Source: Oikopleura dioica
Taxonomy: Eukaryota > Animalia > Chordata
Assembly (NCBI GenBank): GCA_907165135.1
Contig: OU015566.1
Span: 8,184,001 to 8,248,000, forward strand
Direction of reading: 5' to 3'
Length of the DNA stretch: 64,000 nucleotides
Shown here: positions 38,067 to 52,600 of the stretch, piece by piece
Numbering within the stretch: the first letter of the stretch is position 1
Layout of the letters: each line of letters starts with the position of its first letter
The notes under the pieces: model-generated
Databases searched by the model: none
Told to the model about the DNA's origin: nothing
What the model saw: the letters and a program-made list of their open reading frames with translations, nothing else
Position numbers and translations under genes: made by a program

Positions 38067-38981
38067 GTGAGCCAGCGTTAGAAATACAGTCCGCTTCATG
38101 TAAATATTCCCGAAGCTTTGGAACGCTCCAAACTCCGCTACTCGCCCAATCCAACTGTCGACGCCCCTTCCAACTTTTAATTTCTAACAGCATATTTCTA
38201 AACAACCACTCGATCAAGTTACATTCTTCTGCTGCCATTTCTACCTTATCATGCGAATATTGTGTTTTACCTTCTTTCATTCTTCAAATAAAATTAGCGA
38301 TTTGAGATTTCGACCACAATTTGAATGAAACAAAAAATATTAAAAATTTTTAATTATAATTTATAATTTTTAATAGTCATTTTTAACCAATCATGCTAAC
38401 AAAACAAAGCCAAGAAAAAGGATAAATGAACAGAAAAAGTTTATTATTTCATCAAATTTATGAAATGATAACAGTTTTGTCGATAGTTTTTATATATACA
38501 GTCATTTTTGTTAACAGTTACGTTTGTGACGGCCTCACGATTATCTTTTGGGCCACAAGTCGTCTTGGTAATTTTTTTTGTAGGTTTTTTTTTTAAAGTT
38601 GTTTGTTCAATTTGTACAGATTCATCATTTTTGTCTTTTGGATTTTTTTTTGAATAATTTAAACAAGTGTCGTTTGAGCGTTTCTTCAAGTTTCAGAAGA
38701 GTTTTGTCGATTGGGAAGTTGGCATCTGGAGTTAGCAGGATTTCGGGAAGGTCATTTTGACGGTTCGTTTCAGCTCATGTGGGATTTATACTGGTTCATT
38801 GGTTTACCTGGGTTTAGAAGTGGAAGAAGTTAATTACGTTTACGATTTCGATGCTTCTAGTTTTAGTTTCAATCAAGCGCTACGTCAGTACTGGTTCCTT
38901 TAAGGATGTTCCGATTCATGAGAGAGGAAGTGAAATGGTGGTGAAGGTCCTGGATGTTTGTACTTGTTGGTGGTGGTGGGG

Positions 38982-41900
38982 TTAAGTGTTGTTGGAGGCG
39001 AGGGTGCCGGTATTCAGTTGAATCCTTAGCTTGAATCCTTTGGTGCCAGCTCGTGGTCCTCGTGGCTGCCTAATTGCTTCCGATTCGAGCTTCTCGGCCA
39101 GCGTGATGTAGTCCAGGTCGGGAAGTCCAGCTGGTCGAGTGTTTATTTTGGAAAATTTAGAAAGAAATTCGCGATCGTAAACTTTAGGCTCGCTGCTTAT
39201 TTTTGGCTCTACGGCCGAAACGACTTTTTTGACTACTGGAGAAATTGGAAGAGCTTCCCGAGCGGGAGAAATGGTTTTAGCAGGAGCGGAAACGAATTTG
39301 GAAAAATTAAGAGTTTTAAGATTGTGCTCGCCGTCAGAGTCGGAGAGGATCTCGGGCTCGGAGCTAGCAGATCGCTCGGAAGCGGAGCTAGAGCGGACGC
39401 TGTCGCCGGAGTGAGCATCTTCGGAGGTGACTCCAGAGTCGGAGGTGTCGAGGGAAGAGGACAGGTTAAGATCAAGCTTGGTTGTGTGAACGGTCTCACT
39501 GAAAAATCAAAGTTAGTTTTTCTGTCACTGGAATAAGTACGTCTACAAACGAACAACCCTAATCCCCTTATTCTGATTCTGAATAAAGTCCAACAGGCAG
39601 CTTACCGCTCAGAGTAAAGTTTCTCGTCGACGCCTGGTTTGAGAAGCGCGCAGCGGAAGCCCATTTCATTCTCACGCTGTCGGAAGACGTGTACGGCGAA
39701 TTTGGCAGCGCGAGCTGTCTCGAAATCGATGACAGCGCAAGCGGTTCGTCCGAGATCCGGAATCAGACGGATCCATTGTTTGATGTCGGCGGGGATGTTC
39801 TTGCCCGGCTTAAGGAAATATAGACGGGGAAATCATAATATAAAAATGTCGGGAGGGAAAGTAACGGAAATGGGGTTTCTTGGATCAGTTGATGGGATAA
39901 CAATTAGCTTTAGAAAAAAATAATATGTTGGTCGACTTTTTGCTGAGTAATCATTGTTAGAAAATGCTTTGCAAGAGCACTAGATTCAAGATGTTCGATC
40001 GAGTGTGATCGATAATATCAGCTGTGGCGTAAATAGATTTACGTTGCCGCTACTCAGTGCCAATTTCTGGCCTTCAGTTGAGCCTATCGAAAAAACACTG
40101 GCCACGTTTTTGCGTAAAATCGTTTCCCGTAAATTCTTAACTAGTTTGCTCGAGCCTTTGAGCCTATGATGACGGGACCGATAATATGGTGACGCAAAGT
40201 CTAAAGGGAACTCGGTCTAAAACGCGCGATGACTTTTACAAACGTGCTGGCTGTTAGCTCCTAATCCGGGCCTGGTTGAAGAGTGGGAAGTTGGTCAGCC
40301 TTATCGCCTCGCTTTCAAAACACCAAAACGTATATCGCGGTACTTTTCTTACATTTCCCAAAGGCCGCTTTTAGTTTGATCAGATTTCCGAAGCTCGCCC
40401 CGTTCTCTAAGCTATTTCAAGTGTAATGCTATTTTCGCTGATGCTATTTTCAGACAAGAGCGCTTTTTGCTGAGTGTTCAAAAAAGGCACTTGTGTAACT
40501 TGCTTAGTTCTAAAAGGGGGAGGACCAAGATAATTAAAGCTCTTCAAAAGGAAATTACACAAACAGGACTTGGTGTTCTAGTTTTTGCTGGAGTACCTCA
40601 AGTTTGAAAATGGGGGGAGGAAAACTGGACTTACCTTCAAAACACGGACGATGTTGACATCACCATAAGGATGGAAAACGGAAGTGAGAGCTTCGACATT
40701 CTGATACTTGGCCGGCAAGTTGATGGCGACGATTCTCTTGAAGGGTTGAGCCTTCTCTTCTTCCGGCGCATTACTGGCGCCGTTGTTTCCGGATGTAGCG
40801 TTGTTATGGTTGTTACTAGTGTTCTGCTGTCGGGCTTTGAACTGTTTTCGTTGGTTCTTTGGCAAGTTGTTCGGTGTACCGTGTCCAGATCTAAAGAAAA
40901 TACGCTTAGAATTTAGAATTTTCCAACCGTTTGTAAAAATAACTCAATCCGAAAATCCGATAAGAATCCTGAAAAATTCCAAAGGGAAATTTTAGAACAA
41001 TTTAAAAAGAGTGCTTACCTTGAGTGATGATGAGATCTGGGCGAGTTGAATAACTTTTGAGCTTCTAAAAGTCGCTGAAGCTGCTGAAGTTGGAGTTGCT
41101 GCTGGATTTGAACCTGAAACGAGGCATTATCTTATCAGTCCTGCTCTTTGGATCAATTTTCATTTCGGGAGAAACTTTCTCGGTAAGCGAGATTGACTTG
41201 ACTTCGCTGGTAAGCGAACTTGACTTAGATCATGTCCTTACCTGAGCAATGAGAGGGTTGATGAAGGGCAGGGCTTGGGCAGAGCCGAAGGCTTGCTGGG
41301 CGAAACTAGGAGCTTGGGGCTGAGCTTGAGCCTGAGCGGCCATCATTTGTTGCTGGAGACCTGAAAGAGAAGTTTTACTTCACGAAGAAAGAAAAACTGA
41401 ATTTTGGATAGGTGGTGGATTATGGTCAAGGGAAGAGATCACGTATTATATTTTTGGGAAAAGGGATTAGCATAAAATTGAATCTTTGCAAATTTGAAGG
41501 TCCAGTATTTTTGGAGGGCTCTTTGAAAATGGGCAAACCCATGATTTTTCCAAGTGGTGTTTGGATTTTGAGCTATAATTTAGAAGCTTTAGGGGTGGTT
41601 CATTATATAAATACACCACGCGCGGCGGTTTATTATGCTTTGCGATTATCGCAGTTGCTGTATTATTGGTCAAATCTAACGTGGAGAAGCCAACCCTTCT
41701 CTGAGACACGGGATTGAGACTAGCTGTCTTTATACTAAATAGAAGAGGGCTTTTGATAATTTTGAGATATCGTAGCTGACATGAGTTGTTAGAGTATGCC
41801 ATAAACATGTATGAACAAGGGTACAAATGAGGAGAAGGGGTTGGTACACCGAAATAATGAGGGAAGTGAATTTGGGGTAGAGAAGGTCCATAGATTCGAT

Positions 41901-42328
41901 TTCTCGATGCTAAACAAGAAGAAAGTGAAATTTGAACGATTTCTGTAGAAGATGCTATCGGGACAAGCAGAGAAGGGTAATCACTCAATTTCATAGCGCA
42001 ACCTGATAGCTCTGCGGCTTGTCCAACTGTTTAGTCAGAGCAGGCGCTCCATCAAAATAGACGACGTGGAGAATGGGTGCGGGTTTTATGCGGGAGTAAA
42101 TAATTATGACCGGGGTTCGGCGCTGGATCTCCAGGAGTTTGGAGATTAAAAGGATAAGGTGCGAAGGATGATAAGGAAGAGAGGGTGTTACAGGGAGGAT
42201 TTACGGGCTTTTGGGAAGGGGAAAGGTTTTATTCAAGGAGTTGACTATGGATGAAACAGATAACGATTAAACTTACCAGCAATTTGGTGAGACCACAAAG
42301 CTTGAGCTTGATCCTGGTTAAACTGCAT
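38982..42328 (-). CDS. LARP6-like RNA-binding protein: Q/N-rich N-terminus, LARP6-type RRM and C-terminal SUZ-C/LSA motif; no La motif visible
   Basis: Spliced RIVAINLPAKYQNVEALTSVFHPYGDVNIVRVLK|PGKNIPADIKQW..CAVIDFETARAAKFA resembles the LARP6 RRM (SSVRILKPGRELPPDIR..CAIVEFE). The last exon has IRQPRGPRAGTKGF (SUZ-C). ATG 42328, stop TAA 38982-38984. Confidence 0.75.
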
Positions 42329-45292
42329 CTTTCCCTTTCAGCTTTGTCTTTTTGCTTGATCTAAAAAGGTTAGTATACTTACGAGTCCGTTTTGGTCTCG
42401 ATCGTTCTTTTTTTATAGATTTTAACTCTTGAAATTCTTCTTCACTGGATTCTTATTGCAGAGTCGTTTTTCTCCGACTAGGGAAAGAAACGTTATTCGA
42501 ACTGTTCTCTTTTGCTGGTATGAAAGAATACCAATCCGTGAATTTAAAAATTCTTTATTTTTCTTCTTCGAGAAGGCGATTTGTTGCTTTCGAGTTAAAA
42601 ACTTGAAGACGAAGAACAGCAGGCGATATTATATATCGACTCGGTTATCTTTATGTTTCTCTCTCTATTTGCTGAATGAAAAGCCGTCCATCTCAACGTG
42701 AGTGGTCGCGAGTGCGCCGTGGCGCCATCGCGCATCGCGGCGCAAAAACAGCGCCATCTGTAGCGCGCGATTGAAATTTGCGCAAAGCGTAAGAGAGCTT
42801 CTGAAAGAGCTGGAATGAGAATCGAAGCGATCCTGACGCATAATGAGGAGCTAAGCGCCAGGTGACTTGAACGACTGTGGCAGCTTCAGTAGAGCCGGGG
42901 ACTGTTCTAATGGGAATTATCTTGTTGGGTGAGCGAAAGCTGAAAGGATCAGCTGTAATGGGGCATCTTCTGCTGAGGATTTTTTAGAACTGCAGCTTTC
43001 AATTGAACTTTGGAAGATTTATCAGAACATTCTCATTCTCAACTGAAAATCAAGTCTCATATTTATGGTCAGCGTCTGATAGGACACTGAGAGCCTCAAA
43101 GAGTTCAAGAAAGATTTGTATTTAGAAGCCTATGTAACATAGGCTATGTTCATATAGAAATCGCAGCTGCAGCAAAAGCCTTTCCCTGCATTCGCTGACT
43201 TATTGACTGCGTTAATCCGTTCTCGATTTCGCCTGGCGCCGCTTACCATCCAATCTTAGCACTAACGTTGTCCCCTCTCTTCGGACGAAGAAACCAAATC
43301 CGCAAATCGCTGGTCGTGTTATTTTGTTAGCGAAGCAAGCGACATTCTAATAGTTCAAGACGTCGTCGAAATCCTTATTCCTCAACCTGAAGTCATCCAC
43401 AAGTCCTTCCAAATCCTTGGCTCGCTCGAGTTACTTTCGAAAGAAGAGCTACTAGATTACTTCGAAACCGAACTGCGCAGTATTCTGGAACTTTGCCACA
43501 TAAGGTGACACCAGCAGCTTCCAAGGGTCCGTGAACTTTTTCGCGCACGTCATCATTTCCAAAATGAACTTTTAAAAGGAAATAGGCATAGTATTAAACG
43601 CTGGTTCATTTTTTTCTTTTCTTTTTCTTTTGAGCGGGATAATTCTCCAAGAATCCGCAGGCGGTTCAATGTGGAAATTTTCTAAAAATTCTCACTCACC
43701 GCGCTAATGAAAAAAACGCCTCGCCACATGTGTAATTATCCCGAGTTTATACAGCATGTGGCCTTGCATGTGGCATTTACACACATCTCCGTGTATCAGA
43801 AGAAGCTCCTCACTTTCTCCATTTAGCCAAAATGAGTGACCAACCACTTTGCTCTGGAATAACGTTTGATTGGAGCTACTTTATCAAGTTGTTAGAAAGC
43901 TCATATGTTTTGCGGCAGAAATTACAGCAAGCTTTGAATTTTCAAAAAGATTTTTTTTTCTAAAACAGCGAAGCTAGATTTCGGATGTTTAGGCTCCGGT
44001 AGAAATTCGGGTGATTTTCATATGCTAAGAGTCTAAAACTATATTTTCAACTGCACTGTGCAAATTTTGCACTTTTTGAAAGGATAAACAAGAAGCTCCT
44101 TCTATTGGATTGGCAATACTAGAGGTGTAAAAAGCTGACAGCGCCCTATCATTATTCCAGTACCACCTGACATGCTGGAAAAATAATTAGAACCCAACGC
44201 GAAACTCCATCGCACAAGTTAAAATACTGATAAACGTAACTCCGGCGAGGAAATGAGTTCTGGCAAGTCACGAGGCGCTCTCCTGTAGGCTCCACTCACC
44301 CTAACCCTCTTATCATGATTAAATCCCCTTGAATGCAAAATCACTCGAGCAAAGCTCGTCAGATTATTCGCTCATGAAAATTCCAACAGTGAACCACTTC
44401 AACCGAGCCCCTCCATATTCGCGTAATAAGTCCGCCTCCGACGAGCATTTTTTAGAAAATTGAACTCCCGTTCATTCATTTCGGTCCCCCTTTCATTGAT
44501 CCCCTTTTTGCCCATCTAAGTGCCAGGCTCGTCGATTTTAATACAGTGGAGCTTATTACGCCATGTTCCGAAAAAAATGAAATCATCGGGCGCCGCGAGA
44601 ACTTTGTCAAGTACTTATTGTCTCTTTGCCATTCAATTTTATTTTTAGCTGACTGGAAATTTTTTTTTATTCTTCGATGGAACGATACTTTGCAGAGTTG
44701 GCAGTGACAAGGGTTTCGAGCAGCTGGAGCTTTTCTTTCTTGGTCATGGAGGATTCTAAAATGAGAGATCGAGTCATCAATATTTTCATACAATCAAGCT
44801 AATAATAAGCATTATCTATAAAATAATGGCTGACCTAGTAAGGTGTTATCTGCGGTACCATGATATGATATCAATGTCTTTTCTATTTACGAAAATACTG
44901 AATAAGGATTACTCCTTAAACACATGTTATATGAGTTAAACTTTTAAGGCTAATTAACCTCGTAGCTAAACATAAAAATATGTTTATGAGCTTTTTTTTT
45001 GTTTATATCAAAAACGCGACAAAAAGGCTCGTCCATAAATACCACTAACAAAGGCAAACTAATTTAATTGGCCTTTGATAACATTATGTTAGAGGCTTTC
45101 CGTGAAGCGTTTATTTTAAAAATGATGTTGATAATAAAGAAACATTTTGGAAATAAAAATGACACGTGAGTAAATTTGCTTGCACTACTGATAAATGACT
45201 AAAGTACAATCACACAATTGCGTTTTTTTACGACGTAAAATACAATTCAAATGCAGGTCAGCCCTTATTTTCGGAACCATACCGGTATTCTA

Positions 45293-45930
45293 GATGATTT
45301 CAAAAAACTTTTGTGGGGCCGGAAATCGTAAAAACTGCAAGTGCAGTTTTCTTCAGCTCGTCAAGACGAGTCGAATGATGGGTCTAACTCCTGATAATTC
45401 TAAGGATTGACCGGTTTACCGGCTGGTTACCGGAAAATACGTTGTCACCGGCCGTTTTTGTTCTAGAAGTGATAGACTAATGTTTGACACCGGAAATTGT
45501 TTCTTTTAGTCAGTTCTCCTGCAGGCTAAAAGATGAAGAGTTTATCAATACTCTGAAGAGAGTTATCACTAAAATACTATTTTTGGCGAAAATGGGACTA
45601 GAAATTAGGAACGTGCAGCAACAACATAATTTTAGTAAAAGTTACTGTTTTTAGTGATAACTCTCTTCAGAGTATTGATAAACTCTTCATCTTTTAGCCT
45701 GCAGGAGAACTGACTATAAGAAACAATTTCCGGTGTCAAACATTAGTCTATCACTTCTAGAACAAAAACGGCCGGTGACAACGTATTTTCCGGTAACCAG
45801 CCGGTAAACCGGTCAATCCTTAGAATTATCAGGAGTTAGACCCATCATTCGTCTCGTCTTGACGAGCTGAAAAAAACTGCACTTGCAGTTTTACGATTTC
45901 CGGCCCCACAAAAAGTTTTTTGAAATCATC
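45293..45930. mobile_element. Foldback/MITE-like non-autonomous DNA transposon, 638 bp
   Basis: Near-perfect inverted arms 45293-45574 and 45649-45930 (about 282 bp, few mismatches) with a 74-bp spacer. Flanked by CTA on both sides (45290-45292 and 45931-45933), a candidate 3-bp TSD. Confidence 0.85.
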
Positions 45931-48900
45931 CTAGGCATGAATTATACTGATGATTTACCTACGGCAAGCGGAGTTGAGGGCCAATTTGTTACTTGCTTGA
46001 AATATTCGGCTGCAGTCTTGAATTCCAGTCGTTGTTCGGCGACGATTCCAAGAAGATAGTACCCTCGTGTTGACATTTTCAGATCTGAATTTCTGTTTTA
46101 GCAACATCGTCAAAAACCGGATATAAAGAACCATAAAGCTAGTATATTTTCCAGCATTATGTATTTAAAGAACAGGGGATTTTTCTGAATTCACTTGTTA
46201 AAGCTTTTTTTGTTAATCTATGGCATGCCGCATGAACACCTTTTGAAACTGATAAGAATTTTAATGACTCATCACTTCAAGAGCGCGCAAAACGACGCTC
46301 AAATTGAGCCTTGAGGATCCCTTCCAGCTCATCCGAAATCCCTAATCACCGTCGATAATTTTCCTTCAAATCAGTGTATTTGTAAACAAGGCGACGAAGC
46401 TGGAGTCGCGAAATCCGGGCACTCACACATGTATACCGTTAATTAACGCATCACGTGTTGATGCCTTGATTACTCGTCGGGATGAAATCGAGTTCAATAG
46501 ACTTGTATATGGATAAGCAGGATTCTGTAAGAGACGGCTTGCATATTTGGCTCGTATCTTTGATAAATTGACCTTATCTTTATCATTTTTCATTTTCTAA
46601 TCTTTGAAAATGTTCATTAACGCAAGTAGTTACAAATAAGAAAAAACGTGTCTGCGGAATAAAACTTACCAATTGCGAATTGAGCATTCAGATCGGCTCC
46701 TTCAAGGTCTCCACTTAGTACTGCTACTTTCGCCCTGAAATGCTCGTCTTATCCTTTTTAGAACACTTTGTTTTTGACTTTACCGTTGTAAGAGAATGAT
46801 CTCAAGTCGCCTCTTGAAGTCCTCCTCTGCAAGCCCTTCTTTGCTGAAATGCTATTAGCTGGTGTTCAAACTAAAACTGTAATTTCGAACGCCGTAACGA
46901 TTCTAAGAGCTTCCTCATTGCGGCGGAAGAATGAGACAAAGTGTAGGCTTAAGGTCTCAGATATGATCCGACGCGGTAAGGCGTAGTAGTCAATGCAGGT
47001 TGGATTGCGGCGAAAATGCGGCCGTAATAAGAACCAAGAAGATTTTCGACTTGAATCGAATATAGAAGCACAGTCGAATGCACAACTTGACCACGAACAC
47101 TTTTGTGCGAGTATATACAGTCAAGTGAGACAGGAAGCCGCAAAGATGATTACTGATTACTAAGTACACGATGTTCGATCTTACGGTCACTTTGCGGCGC
47201 AACCTGTCTCGACCGCCGTATTTGGAGAAGCAGTCGAATTTCTACCGAAGACGTTCCACAAGGAAAAACATCGCTCAGCATTTTTATTAATTGGATTATT
47301 AGCGTGAATCTGCTTCGAATTTCGGAGATGGATGATCAATATTCTCTCAATTATTCGTTTTTGAAGCTTCCTAACAATAATTTCTCAATGCAAGCTTTCA
47401 CAAAAAAGACTGACGTCATTAAATTCTGCAGTGGCGAGAAAAATGTTCGCAAAAGTATTTCTAAGCCGTTCCGGCACGCGGCATTGTATACAGCCCGGCG
47501 GTCGTCGAAATTCACGGCTCTAGGTGAGATGGTATCAAATGCATTTAGGAACGCGTCTACACACTCCTTTACGCTGCGTTACCTAAGTTTTTCTTCGGAA
47601 CGTTTGAGCGCCTCTGAAATTGTAAAATTGCGGTTTAGCTCAAGAAATTTTTTCGCAGCGGGAATACCTAACGCTTTGTCGAACAAGCGCTGATGCTTTG
47701 CGGCGACTGCCATGAAGTAGAGCTCTGGTACCGCGGAGATCAAAGGGAGACGTTCAGATTAAGTAATTGATCATTTTTGGAGCGCGCTAGAAATGTGCGA
47801 AAATGGTGGAATTCTCCCGGACGTCGTTTTTTATCACATTGAATTTGAAAAATTGCTGTTTTTTCGTAAAAATCAACCCAAAAATTTTTGGCGAAAATAT
47901 TTTTTGGCTGAAAAGTCTTCGTTCATAAATAATGATTCTAAATAAAAGCTCTTTATTCAGCGGAAAAACGCCGTACTAAATTTCCGATTTCCTAAGCCAC
48001 CAAAATCGGCATGAAAATCACTGGCTTTTCCTTGCGAAAAAGCCGCTCCGATTAAACTCTCGGATGGCACACACATGCGTAAGGGCAGCATAATATTGGT
48101 GGCACGTTTTTTGATCGTACTTTCGAACCGTGTGCGGATCAGCACCGGTTGGATCATCTTAAAGCTCTGAGCTGGATTCGATTCCAGTAGGAAGAAAATT
48201 AAAGGAGAATAATGCTTCTATGAAAAAATGCTTATTAGTGGCAAAAACCGTTTTCTAAATTATTTCTCTGAAAAACACTTCTGTGGTTTTTTGATACACG
48301 ATTTCTTTGATCTCCGGTTCCTAAGCTGGTGGGATCGTTACGTGAATGGAAAGTGCCATACGAGACTTTGTTCTTGGTCATCGTTTGGAAACTCTTGAGC
48401 GTGTTTGGACTTCACGCGGAATGTCGAATCGCTGTTCATGTGGCTTCATAGACTTCGTTTTTTGAATCACTCAAATATTTTAAGATGTGTTAGATGGCTC
48501 AATAAAATTTTCTTCCGAAAAATATCTTCCAGCAATAGTGCTTTGCCGTTAATCTTCTTTCAAAGTTTTGTCCAAATTTTTAACTTTACTGTACGACTGT
48601 AATCATCTTGTGGTCCTTTCAAATTTCGAGAATATAATTAGTGATACTTGGACATTGACGGATATATAATTTTAGACTTGAGCGCTCCAGAAATACGACC
48701 AAGACTGGAAGAGCCGAACCCCAGCGCGGCCAGGTGTCCTTGGTCCTACTTCCTTAGCGGAGTTTGGTTTCACGTCGGCGGTAGGAGCCACTCTCGACGT
48801 TATCGCCTTATCACCCCTATACGCCCGAAAGGAAGTCTTCCGTAGCTTCTGATCACAAGTCTTATTATCACTAAGACTGTCGGTCCATCGCCAAAGCAAA

Positions 48901-50862
48901 TAATTCTCCACATTTCTCCAAGGAAGTGAGGTCGAGTTCAAACACGTGGATTTCTAGCTACAAATAGCAGTAGTACAATAGTCATTGATGAGTACAAAAA
49001 ATAACTCTAACAAGAAAGTGTTATTTTAGTTGAACAAAAACTGTGTACAACGAGCATTTCAAACACACCAGAACACGAGCCAAAAGGTAAATATTAATGT
49101 TAGAAAAAAGGGCTCTCCGAAAAAACTGTAATGCAGCGCGAGAGCAACAGTTCTGAACAAGCAAATTCGAGGAATGTCGTGTTTGAGCGGTCAAAATCTA
49201 ATAAAGTGGCGATTTGACTAATCTGCCGAGAGCTTATTTCTTTAAGATATTGTCAAATCTTCGATAATGAAGCGCTCGAATCCGATTGCACGTGTTCAAT
49301 CCGCTGAATTACAACTTGTAAGGGACTGATCGCAGTTGAAATGCGGCTCCGTCTATTGAAAATTCTTGGGTTATTTGTTCTTGTTTACAGCTCGCTACAG
49401 AAGATACTTGGGCTAGAGACAGTGGAAAATAGGCGGCTTTCACCTCAAGATCGACTTTAATTTCAATATTTTAATTGATAAGGGGGTATCAACTCTAAGT
49501 CAAAAATTGTCCTTCTAGTAGAAAAGGCAATCATGTCGAGCGTCGCGTAAAACATGGACGATTTAGTTGTCCAAAAACACGGCCGAACATGGCGATTTCC
49601 TCGAAGGCGCCAGCTGGAGCTTCTTGTCTCCAGATTTAGATTGACTCTGCTCCAACGTGTTTCTTGCTGGAATATCAGCGGTTCTTTCGGCTTTCGCAGA
49701 AAATCAGTCCTTGAAGTAATGGCGCTGGAAGAAAGTGGTGATAAGGACTTGAAAAGCGCTGAAGGTGGAAAAACAGCTCGAAGGGCTTATGGATACAAAA
49801 GCCATTAAAGTGCCCTCGAGATGTGGATATGGCAGCGACCGCAAGGCTACTTGAGGATGTTTTATCGAGAATGGCTTGGAGCACGAACTTTGACACGTAT
49901 CGCCAGCTTGATAAAAACGTGATTTTTGAGTGCTATCTTCGAAGTTCCTGACCATGATATTTGAATTTATTGAAATTTCTCAGTTTCGAAATATCAATTT
50001 TTTTTCTATCTAAAATTCTGGTCACAGTAAAACGGGGCTAAATGAGTCTAAAAATAAACGAACGATTTAATGATTTCAGTAAAAATATTTGAACAATCCT
50101 CAATTAAAATTGTTTTGCGTTGCCGCGTTTAGGTTAAATTTATGATAGGCCATCCTTCTGGTAAAATTATTTTGAAAATACTAGGGTAATTATCCCAAGC
50201 AAAAAAGACGCAACTTCAATTGATCTGAAAATCGATTGATCTTTTTGACCTAACTTCTGATTATAATTGAGAGGCATTACAAGCTCTTACTATAAGACCC
50301 ATCGTTAACCCACGATCGAGAATATAAACTGTCATTTTTGTTTTTGCAAAATCATAAAAATGAACAGACAAGTCAGAACAAGCTTTAAAAGATTGGAGCC
50401 AAAACATTCTCTGGAAGAATCGTTCAGTTTTCCCTTATTTTCAGCCCATTTAATTCTTATTTCTGTTTGCATTAAATATTGTTTCCTGTTTTGACTACAA
50501 AGTCATTTTGCTGTCCAAAAAACAATGCAGTTCACGAGAAACGCTTCATTGTAAACGAAAATACAGAGTGGCACAATCGTTCCAGAAAAACGTGACGGAA
50601 TTGGCCAGTCACTACAAACAACGAGTTAATTATGGCGATATTTTTATAATATCAGAGTGGCGATAATGATGGTCAAATCGATCAATTAGCTTTAATTGAA
50701 TGACAGCAAACTATGTCTGTTCATCAAACGGAAGACAACGGAAATAAACGCAATAGCAGAAACTCGGATGATCTCAAATTAGTCGTCCGTCGTAAAATAT
50801 GTGAATGGGCTCGGCGAGATCGATGATGTTTTCTCCATCTTTCCTATAAATTGCGGACTACA

Positions 50863-51640
50863 ATGACGGAAAATAGAGAGAATACGATTTCGGAGAGCTC
50901 TGTTGGCGATTACAGAAATGATCCCGACCTTAATGCAGCCATAGGGGTTCCTCAAATAATGAATGTCGACTTCAACTCTGTTATCAATCGTCTTGTTGAA
51001 GAAATGTCCATTCTGAGAGCTGACGTTAGGAAGCTGAAAGAGCAGAAGAAGAACCTCTTAACCCAAGAAGAGAAGAGAGAATTAGCAAATAAGAACATGC
51101 TCCAGATAATCAGAAATCCTGATTGGCGTTCAGCTAGCAGTATTGATGAAATCTACTTATTTTTAAAAGCGATTGGATCTGGAGAACCTTATGCCAACAT
51201 TGTTGTTCGCTACAAGCTTTCGCATCTTCAAGATATAAACAATGAGAAGACGATCCACGCTCCTATCTTGCAGGAAAATGGACAACATAACTCAAACAGC
51301 AACCATCCCATGTCATGGGTTGGAAGTTTTCTTCGAAAATAAAATTGTCGAGATATGTCCTCTTAAGAAAGACAGATGGGGGAAAATGCAATATTCAAGG
51401 ACTCTTATGCAAAAAATGATCCTCAACTTACCAGAGAAAAAGAATTTGAGGATTTTTGCTCAAGAATCGAAGTTCGACACTGTCAGTAAAATCTATATTC
51501 TCGCAGTCAATAAAACTGAGAAAGAAGAAGAGATAATGGGAGTAAAAAGATTTCAATATACCTTTGGAACTTCATCAACAATTGATAACGAAAATTTCGC
51601 TAGAAAAATAACATGGACTGTAATCAATGACGATAATTAA
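50863..51640 (+). CDS. Hypothetical protein with a short coiled coil
   Basis: ORFs 50851-51342 and 51242-51640 are joined in frame by a ~49-nt GT-AG intron (MSW|KDRWGK). Confidence 0.45.
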
Positions 51641-52485
51641 TTATTCTCGAATAAATCAAAAAACGAAACTAAAACCCAGCATGTTTTTGAGCATGATCAT
51701 CAGAAAGACGTTAATTTGCAAAGAGAAGGCGAGAAACAAATTTCCCACAGCTTTAGTTGAAAATTATAATTTGATGGGACGTTGGGATGAGTTTAGAAGG
51801 GTCGGCGCGTTTGTAATTTCCGCGCAAAGCTCAACGGAGCGGGGCGGCCGCGCCACGTCGCAAAATTAAAAATTCCACGTTAAGATGCACCTGTTCGCTT
51901 TGTACTTCCAAATTTAACCTCACACGGGACGCGGGTGGTCATTTGCGGCGCATTAGAAACCGACTTTCTCTCTGGATCGACCACGACTGAGATTGAACTC
52001 CTCAAATTAGGCTACCTCTTTCTCTCCTTCAAATCCTGCTGCTTTGAACCCAATTCTAGGTTAATTCTTGTGAGCACTTTGTTGAACCAAATATCTTCGT
52101 CTTGGAAAATCCGATCTTAACACTTGAAATCAACAAAGAATCTGGCTTTGAACATATTTTGTATAAACAGATCAAGTTTGACTTAATTTTAATTGTTCTG
52201 GCTGTCAGCTTCGCTCAAAACGAAATCTGAATTGGTGACAAGCTGCTGTATCAAATTTACTTTCGCAAAGCGCGAATTAATTCGTAAAGAGTGCCTTGGC
52301 GAGTAGACAATTCCAGAGGTTGAGGTTTTCCGTTAATCATTGAATTTTTCACTTTGTCGATTCGAAAAATGAGTGAAAAAAAAAGACGTGGCAACTAATT
52401 TCGTCTTTTGATAAAAAATAAACATCTTTTTAATGCGAGCTGACTCGCAAGGAGCAGGGTGGGGAATGTCTTAAGAAAATTCAAC

Positions 52486-52600
52486 GGCACCGGCACGGCA
52501 CGGCACACCAAAAATTCCTGTGCCGCGGCACGGCACGGCACGGCACGGCAAAAAAATTAAGAACGCGTGCCGGGACACGGCACAGCACGTTACGGCACAG
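52486..52600 (+). repeat. Subterminal (GGCAC)n cluster of the hAT element, mirrored by (GTGCC)n at about 55701-55808
   Basis: Directly visible pentamer repeats, in opposite orientation at the two ends. Confidence 0.85.

Noticed and set aside
41182-41241. Duplicated TCGCTTACC motif in a LARP6-like intron, complementary to its own 5' splice site
   Set aside because: Only 6 bp of pairing, and it is explained by a short local tandem duplication.
45950-49960. Fragmented minus-strand coding-like stretches (possible gene, pseudogene or retroelement remnant)
   Set aside because: In-frame stops and no recognisable family motif; cannot be called without a homology search.
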